The position numbers and the translations under genes were made by a program. The notes beneath the pieces are model-generated. The model had not been told where the DNA came from and made no database searches. It saw only the letters and a list, made by a program, of their open reading frames with translations. Shown here in pieces: positions 56,187 to 64,000 of a DNA stretch of 64,000 nt; positions within the stretch are counted from its first letter, which is position 1, and every line of letters begins with the position of its first letter. The DNA is from Chrysomallon squamiferum (taxonomy: Eukaryota; Animalia; Mollusca), in assembly GCA_012295275.1 (NCBI GenBank), contig CM022674.1:310001-374000 (forward strand), written 5' to 3'.

Positions 56187-58410
56187 CATCTCTTTTCAAC
56201 GATTATTTACAGCATTACATCAATCTCTATTAAACTAACAAATTAATTCAATCAACGTTTTTTTAAATATATAATAATTTAGGATTTCCAGGAAGCTATC
56301 GGATTTTTGAAAATCAAATGCATGCATTGAATAATTACCCATTGTCCCACTGCCGCTATTTTTATGTATGTTTAAGTATGTTTCGTAATAAGAAGTCTAT
56401 GAATTGAATTTCTCTTTGTGTTTTAAATTGCTGGGTGTCTTGTAGTTATTAGTTAATAGATTCAAAATCGAAACGTTTAAACTAAATACAAAATGAATGA
56501 TGAGAATACAATTTTAGTTCTTTTATCGAAAGTAAACAAAAGAAAGAAAGGGTATAAATTAGGATAGACATTTAAGTGATTAATATACATGTTATATAGT
56601 GTAATAATAGAATTAAATAAGGTAAAGAGTAATTACTTAATTGCATTAATGTATACACACACACACACATACGTACGCAAGTTCTATGTAATTAAACTGA
56701 AAATATTTCTTATAAAACTTGATTAACGTAACTTAACGTAATATATCATTTATATAATAAGGTAATGCACAGACATGCTGTAATAATATTACAACATTAT
56801 GATCATCAAACAGGATAAAAAAATGCGCGTGTGGAAAAAAAATCTAAAATTATCAACATCAAACGGACGAGTATTTGTTTGGTTTGTTTTTGGAGTTTGC
56901 AATCTGAAAATCTTGTCCGTTCTTTTTAAACCTTCAACAAAGAGGTCTAATCATTTAGTCATTACCCAACAGCAACAGTCCTACAGCTAATAACTTACTA
57001 CTTGCATTTAAACCTTTTTCTAAGGAATGTAAATTATTATGTCATTAACTCTCACAGCGTATAGTTTCTGACAATTCAGTCACACACAATCCGCGTTATA
57101 CCTTGAAGATTAATTTCTGATATTAAAACTAATTTTTCTCTACAGCATTCAGACGAAGGGATCTATTAAGTGACATTCTTTGTGTTCCCTTTGATTGATT
57201 TATTTCCCAGATTTGATACGAATCTTTACGGTTAGACTTTAACAAAAGGAACCAGTATCGTTTCAACCATTACGCACTGGCATTTGAAAAACACGGATTT
57301 AACTGTTACGCTTAGCAGTTACGACAGACGCTGATTCGCAATGATTGGTCAATTACTGCTACGCGAAGCACCAATAATCTATTACGATAAGCGCACCACG
57401 CTCTGGAATTCCATTGGTCAATTAAAACCAATACCGAACACGAGCCATTTGCACCGCTGCATAACAGACGAATGTTGAACAGTCTTTGTAATGGGCGCTG
57501 AGAAGTTTCAACCGGCCACGATGGGCGAAATTAGAGAATATTCGATATGAAAATTGGCCGGTACGCGACGGATCGATCGCTCTTGTTTGGGATGGGAACC
57601 AGCGCTGTTTATACGTGATTAACTTTAATAACCCTCAGCCAGGCGATACGGGCATTAAGACATATTGTTTCTGTACTCTGTTATTGTACAAGCGATTGAT
57701 CCGAAAAGAAAATGAAATCCAAAAATATAAATTTTTGTTCCAAAAAATTTCCAAGATTAATGGTTATGCCAACATGGGAATCGACGTTGAAAACTGAAAA
57801 TTAAAAAGTATTAAAACCTTTCGAAGATGGTTTGCAAAGAGTCCCTGTCTTAAGTATCGTTATTATGGTAATTTTTGTTATTTTAGGTCAACGTATAGGT
57901 CCAGCGAGGATTAGATGTGCTTCGGGGTTTTTTTTTTCAGGGGGGAGGTGGGGGGAATATGAATATTATGTTTCTTCTTTCAGAAGAATGGAAAGGAAAT
58001 AAAAGTAATTTGGTGTTCTGTGGAATGTTTGAATAGTTTTATCAGCAAGATGAATGTGTTTTAACGATTTTATTGACTGATCATTTTACTCTTTTCTTCA
58101 GACTAATTTATCTCGTAACAGTTAGTCTGACAGAAAACAACTTTACTGCGACAGAGAAAAATATGACTTTTGTCAATGTTGACTGTCTGAATTGAAATCA
58201 AAGTCAATAAAAACGCCGAGGTAGTCAATTTCAGTTTGCAATACACAGTGCGAGAAACCGCGATATTAGAGTCTAATTTCTTCTTTTTTCGCTCTTTTTC
58301 TCCCGTTCGTTTCTGTGTTTTTCTTTCTGTCATTTTCGTTTTCTTAGTTCCTGTTAAATATATCAACTGAGCTTCGTTTATTTTCTCTCTCTCTTCTGTG
58401 TTTATCTTTA

Positions 58411-58552
<142 letters not shown>

Positions 58553-58682
58553 TGTCTTCTCTCTCTCTGATTTTCTCTCTCTCTCTCTCTCTGTCTTCTC
58601 TCTCTCTCTCTCATTCTCTCTCATTTCTCTCTCTCTCATTCTCTCTCATTTCTCTCTCTCTCTCTCTCTGTCTTCTCTCTGA

Positions 58683-58748
<66 letters not shown>

Positions 58749-59079
58749 TTTTCGCACACAGATGACTAACGACACAGTCAACAACGGCGCCATAATCGTT
58801 GTGCGATTCTTTTCAAAATCAACTCTGTATCGATCACAGTTCACTTTCTGCGGTCGATAATTAACGTTATTGATATCAGTCAGTCTCACTAATTGAATTT
58901 CATTGTTTATTATTTGTCTCTCATTCGACCGCACAAATCACTTGTGTTTCATGTACGTCGCGAACTCTCCCGTTTAGTAGTTTTAGTAAAAGAGTTTTCA
59001 TACTGAAACCACGTAACGAACTCTTGTTTACTTGTGAAGCGTATTCATCTTTATCTTTAAAGCCTGTTTTTAGGCTTTC

Positions 59080-59420
59080 CCACGTAACGTATCCATTTTT
59101 ACCACCGAACGTATTCATATTTAATGATGTAACGTATTCATATTTAATAATGTAACGTATTCATATTTATCCATGTCACATTGATTCCTCACGTAATATA
59201 TTTATGTTTACCCATAGAGCGTATTTATGATTCCTCGCGTAACGTATTCATGATTACCATTAAAGCGTATACTTGATTCCTCACTATCGTATTTATGTTT
59301 ACCATTAAAGCGTATTTATGATTCCTCGCGTAACGTATTTATGTTTACCCTTACGCCGTATTCATGATTACCAACGTAACGTAAACATGTTTACTAATAA
59401 AGCATACTCATTATTTCTCA
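59080..59420. repeat. Degenerate 23-bp tandem repeat (CGTATTCATGATTACC.../CGTATTTATGATTCCTCGCGTAA)
   Basis: Recurrent (TAA)CGTATT(C/T)AT cores spaced about 23 bp apart. Confidence 0.8.
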
Positions 59421-60107
59421 TGTTTGTCCAAATAACGTAATCATGCTTTTCACGTGTAACGGACTTGTATTTTCACAGATACATTACTCATATCTAACGT
59501 ATTAAAATAATTTATATAATATGTTAGTTTATGTCAACGTACATTTCGAAGGCTTAGTGCCAGAAGGCTACATATATATATTAAAATAGGATGTGTGTGT
59601 ATATATATATATATAAGCAATTAAGACCTTCTAGCGCTAACCGCTTGGTTTAAGAAAGCGAATTAAATTTCTAAATAGGAAAACAGATTTTCAAAAGTAA
59701 GAAAAAGAAGAAAAATGAGCATTAGATGGATAAGACTCATTATTCATCAAACGTTGACGGGTTTGTTATTACAGTCCGTTACGAAATTGACTATAGTTAG
59801 TCATGCGTATAATGACACGGTTATTATTGTTCGATAATCAATTTGCACCGTGTTAATAGATCGCATTACCAGTGAAACTGACAGCAGTCCTTTGTTATCA
59901 CTTACCTGCAATTTCTGATATTTACGTAATTCAGAACTGAAAAAATTAAATTGCAAAAAGAATTAAGACAAAAAAAAAAAAAAAAAAAAAGAAGAAGAAA
60001 TAAATAAATAAAAAATAAAAAATTGGAAGAGGAAAAAAAAAGAAAGAAAAAATATTAATCATTATTTTAAAAGAAATGGACAGATGTGGACTAGAAGACT
60101 GATACAC

Positions 60108-60138
<31 letters not shown>

Positions 60139-60207
60139 GGAAAGCAAAAAGAGAACAGAAAGAGACTTAGATGCAAAAAGGACAGAGACAAAGCAAGAGA
60201 TAGATAG

Positions 60208-60295
<88 letters not shown>

Positions 60296-60533
60296 TTCAT
60301 ATATTGACAAATCAAGATACAAAGATATGACTCATGCTGATATTAGACATACGATACACGATAAAAAGGATTATGTATGTGAATGGAATATTTAGGCTGA
60401 CTGATTATTTCACTTTGAATTTCAGGCTTTACATAACTTTTTAAATCCTGTTTTGATTATGTTACTATTTTAAGTAACTTTGATCTGCAAGCTACGTATT
60501 TTTTATTATACAACTGCTGTAAATTTACGTATT

Positions 60534-60589
<56 letters not shown>

Positions 60590-60974
60590 CTCGCGCATTT
60601 TGTGTGACAGTAATAAAAGGTACTCATCGATTTTAACACTGCTCATTAATTAACAGATAGACATAACTGATTAATATAATTCGAATTCAGTTATTGTACA
60701 AATTAATAAGAAAGAAAACAGCAAGTACTGTTGTTGTAGAATGCATGGATAACGCATATTAACTGAACATTTATACCTAGCGTTTTGTACTGCATCTGTA
60801 TCTTATATAGATTATAAAATATTCCATATTTACTACATCTGTTTCCTTTTTCTTTTTTTTTTTTTTTTTTTTATTTTTTTTTTCTTTCATTTTTCATGCA
60901 TGACCAAAATATATCAGCAATTTTAAAGATTTAAATTATTAAATTTCAATGCAGTATTCTCGAAAATATTTCAG

Positions 60975-61304
60975 CCAGCGGAGACTTTTCTGAAAGTCGG
61001 GATGAACTTCGGGTTATCAACGGACATAAAAATCGTTTCCGGCATCGCTATAACCAAAATGGCGGACAATCGAATCGTTATGCAAATCGGTATAATAATC
61101 GTTACCCAAACGGTAACGGTTGGCATGGGCGGAACTCTTTTGTGCCCGATATAAGCGGCACCCCGTACCATAGGCCATACCCCACCCCTTGGCAGAGGCC
61201 TATATATAACAGCACCCCGCCCAAGGCAGATAGATTCCGGGTTCCAAAGCCGGTTCCCGCCCCAAAAGAACAAGAATCAGAAGACGAAAATACTAAAAAT
61301 GATG
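60975..61304 (+). CDS. MEGF6: Probable coding exon of the same gene: 110-codon Cys-free low-complexity linker (PSGDFSESRDELRVINGHKNRFRHRYNQNGGQSNRYANRYNNRYPNGNGWHGRNSFVPDISGTPYHRPYPTPWQRPIYNSTPPKADRFRVPKPVPAPKEQESEDENTKND)
   Basis: Sharp GC-rich island in AT-rich intron. Acceptor atatttcag|, open frame in phase 1 for exactly 330 nt, then a G|gtactt donor (weak) and T-rich sequence. Confidence 0.75.
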
Positions 61305-62122
61305 GTACTTTTTGGAAAATAGTATTTCCTCTTTTTTTAACGCATTTTTCATTATATGTTTGGTTTATGTTATTTTTGGTTATTTCTTTTTTTTAGACGT
61401 TACTTGAAGTTAGAATAGAATTTTAGGGTAGACACTGATTTAAAAATAAAATAAAAATAAAAGTAAATCTTATTAGTTTTATTTTATTTTATTTATTTAT
61501 TTTTTTGTTACTTTTCTGTTTATTTTTAATTCATTTTATTTTAAGCACTTTCTTGCTGTTAAAAGAAAAGTGGATTTTTAAATTTTAGTTAATGAAATCA
61601 CCAAAAAAAGAAATGTCTAGACTGAAATTACATAATTATACTGAAAATACTGAAACTAATCTAAATTCTATTAGTGCTTATACATCACTTAACTGTTAAT
61701 AAATTCTAATATGAAGCTTAAATATATAAGATTTAAAAAAAAAATAATGTTAATATTATTATTATTATTATTAATTATAATAATATTAATAATAATAACA
61801 ACAACAACAACAACAACGACAATAACAATATCGATACAGCAAGGCTCTTGTAAGCTGATTTGTAAATAGGATCTTTAGAGTAGTCTCCCTTCATATATAT
61901 TTTTTTAATTTTATATATTTAGAAGTATTTTGATTTTAGAATAGAAATCTTATTTTTTATGTTGATCGTGTATTTTAATGAAATTTATTAATGTAAATAC
62001 AAATACAGAAAAAATAATAACTATCTCGATTAATTACGGTTTTGTTATTAATTTTTTTATATATATATATATATATATTTTATTATTTTTTATAATGAAT
62101 AGATAAATAACAACGACAACAA

Positions 62123-62167
<45 letters not shown>

Positions 62168-62333
62168 CAAACAAAAAATATGATAATAAGAATAATTAGT
62201 ATTTCGGTTTCATTTTCAATCCATTTTCATGTCAGTTTCATGTTAGTCAATTTCATTTTGTTTAGTCACCGCACGGTCGTTTAGCGGTAAAGTAACAGAT
62301 GTTTGTTTCAGCATGTATGTTTCTTTCTTCCAG

Positions 62334-62411
62334 CCCAACCATTTCGCGCGAAACCGCACGCGCGAAACAAGACACTTATAGCTTATATTGATGTCAAAGT
62401 GACTAGCCATG
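62334..62411 (+). CDS. Possible short coding exon continuing the linker (AQPFRAKPHARNKTLIAYIDVKVTSH)
   Basis: Strong acceptor tttctttcttccag|, donor ATG|gtaacc, 78 nt, phase 1-1, open in the frame required by the upstream exon. No homology recognised. Confidence 0.5.
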
Positions 62412-62470
62412 GTAACCATTCATTGATCATTTTTTCTGTTAGACAATTCGTGAATGAACAATGAAAAGAC

Positions 62471-62505
<35 letters not shown>

Positions 62506-62579
62506 GAAAAAAAATGGAATGATTTGTACGTTTACAATTATTTCTTCTACTTCAACTGTTACAACTTCGATTATTGCTG

Positions 62580-62615
<36 letters not shown>

Positions 62616-62617
62616 GT

Positions 62618-62700
62618 AATGAATGAATTAATATTTAACGACACCCCAGCACCAAAAAAAAAAAATATATATATATATATATCGGCTACTGGGAGTCAAA
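62618..62700 (-). mobile_element. 3' terminal fragment of a SINE-like element in reverse orientation
   Basis: GAATGAAT..TTTAACGACACCCCAGCAC..(A)n..ATCGGCTACTGGGAGTCAAA resembles, from memory, the reverse-complemented tail of a gastropod SINE. A (TA)n tract is inserted within it. Confidence 0.45.
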
Positions 62701-62725
62701 TAATAATAATAATAATAACAACAAT

Positions 62726-62760
<35 letters not shown>

Positions 62761-62845
62761 AACAATAATTATCACGACAGCGAAAATAATATACTACTAC
62801 CATTAACTTTTTAACATCATTTACCAGCTACTACTGTTACTACTA

Positions 62846-62878
<33 letters not shown>

Positions 62879-63239
62879 TTGAAACTACTAAACTATATTA
62901 CTATGACCTCTTCAGTAATAATAATAATGATAATAATAACAATAACAGCAACAATAATAATATTAATAATAATATGCTGCAATCACTACCTCTATTCCAA
63001 CATTTACAACAGAAACAGCAACTACTACTGCAGCTGATACTACTATTACTACTTCTATTACAACATCTGCTACTACAAGTACTACAACTAATACGATTAC
63101 TACTACTACTACTGTTATTACCACTACTACTACTACTTTAATACCACTACTACTATTACTGATGCAATTACTATATCTTCATTAATAATAATAATGATAA
63201 TAACAATAAATAAATAAATAAATAAATAAATAATAACAA

Positions 63240-63275
<36 letters not shown>

Positions 63276-64000
63276 AACAATAAATAAATAAATACGCATT
63301 AAAATTAATTGTTCATCCACGAAATCCGTTGTAACTTCAGTTTTCGTATTTTTTTTAAAACTAATTTTCATCTCACAGTTTTGCACCCTAAGCATTAACA
63401 AAGAGAACTTATCGTTTTTGTGTTCATTTCGTATCACAACGGCACGAATGTTCTTTGTTTTATTAATTTAGATTGAAGCAGAGGTTTTGTTCCGTCCATG
63501 AAATATACCACAATTTATTTAAAATGAAATATTCATAGCCTAATCTATATCACTTAGTTTAAAATAACAAAAGTCTACGATATATGTTTATTAAAATATA
63601 CATCTGTATCAAATATGCCGTCCCATGTATTAATGGATAATTTTAAAATTTACATTACATGTACTGCTAAATGATTTACAGTTTTTGAGTAAACTGTAGC
63701 AAAAAGAAACCTAGTCTGTATTCAAAAGTTTTTAACATCAAGACTTGGGTTTAGATATCTATAATTTTGTTTAACTGTATCTTATTTTCATAACACTTAA
63801 GTATTAGAAAACGTAATTGTTTAAAAAATACGCTATTTAATAGCATAAAAATTAATTATCTAAATTTGTAATTAAATTATAACAAAATCTTATATATATA
63901 TATAAAACCAGAAATTAACTGGTTAAATAAATATGACATTGTAATTATTATGCTTCTGCATTCAAATAACACATATGCTGTATAGAATATTAAAACAAAT

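Overview
This is AT-rich, microsatellite-dense eukaryotic (animal) DNA, almost all intronic. Nearly all ORFs in the supplied track are artefacts of simple repeats. The window lies inside one large + strand gene, an invertebrate MEGF6 (multiple EGF-like domains 6) orthologue. Three clear phase-1/phase-1 EGF exons (21761-21865, 53208-53330, 54082-54204) splice in frame to give ...CSCPPGFQGPRCQY-DINEC...CCNTIGSFYC...KTCV-DKDEC...CVNTYG...RLHTDGRTCI. These are followed by a probable 330-nt cysteine-free, low-complexity Arg/Asn/Gly/Tyr/Pro-rich exon (60975-61304) and a possible 78-nt exon (62334-62411); I do not recall either from vertebrate MEGF6. The gene start (signal peptide/EMI domain) and the remaining EGF array lie outside the window. 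The introns carry three long minisatellites (16, 27 and 15 bp units), several decayed SINE-like fragments resembling a gastropod tRNA-derived SINE as I recall it (suggesting a mollusc, unverified), short local duplications and clustered transcription-factor motifs (nuclear-receptor, paired CRE, E-box/CLEAR, RFX plus CCAAT). I found no prokaryotic system, CRISPR array, RNA gene or intact transposon. The most novel-looking signal is the lineage-specific low-complexity insert in MEGF6.
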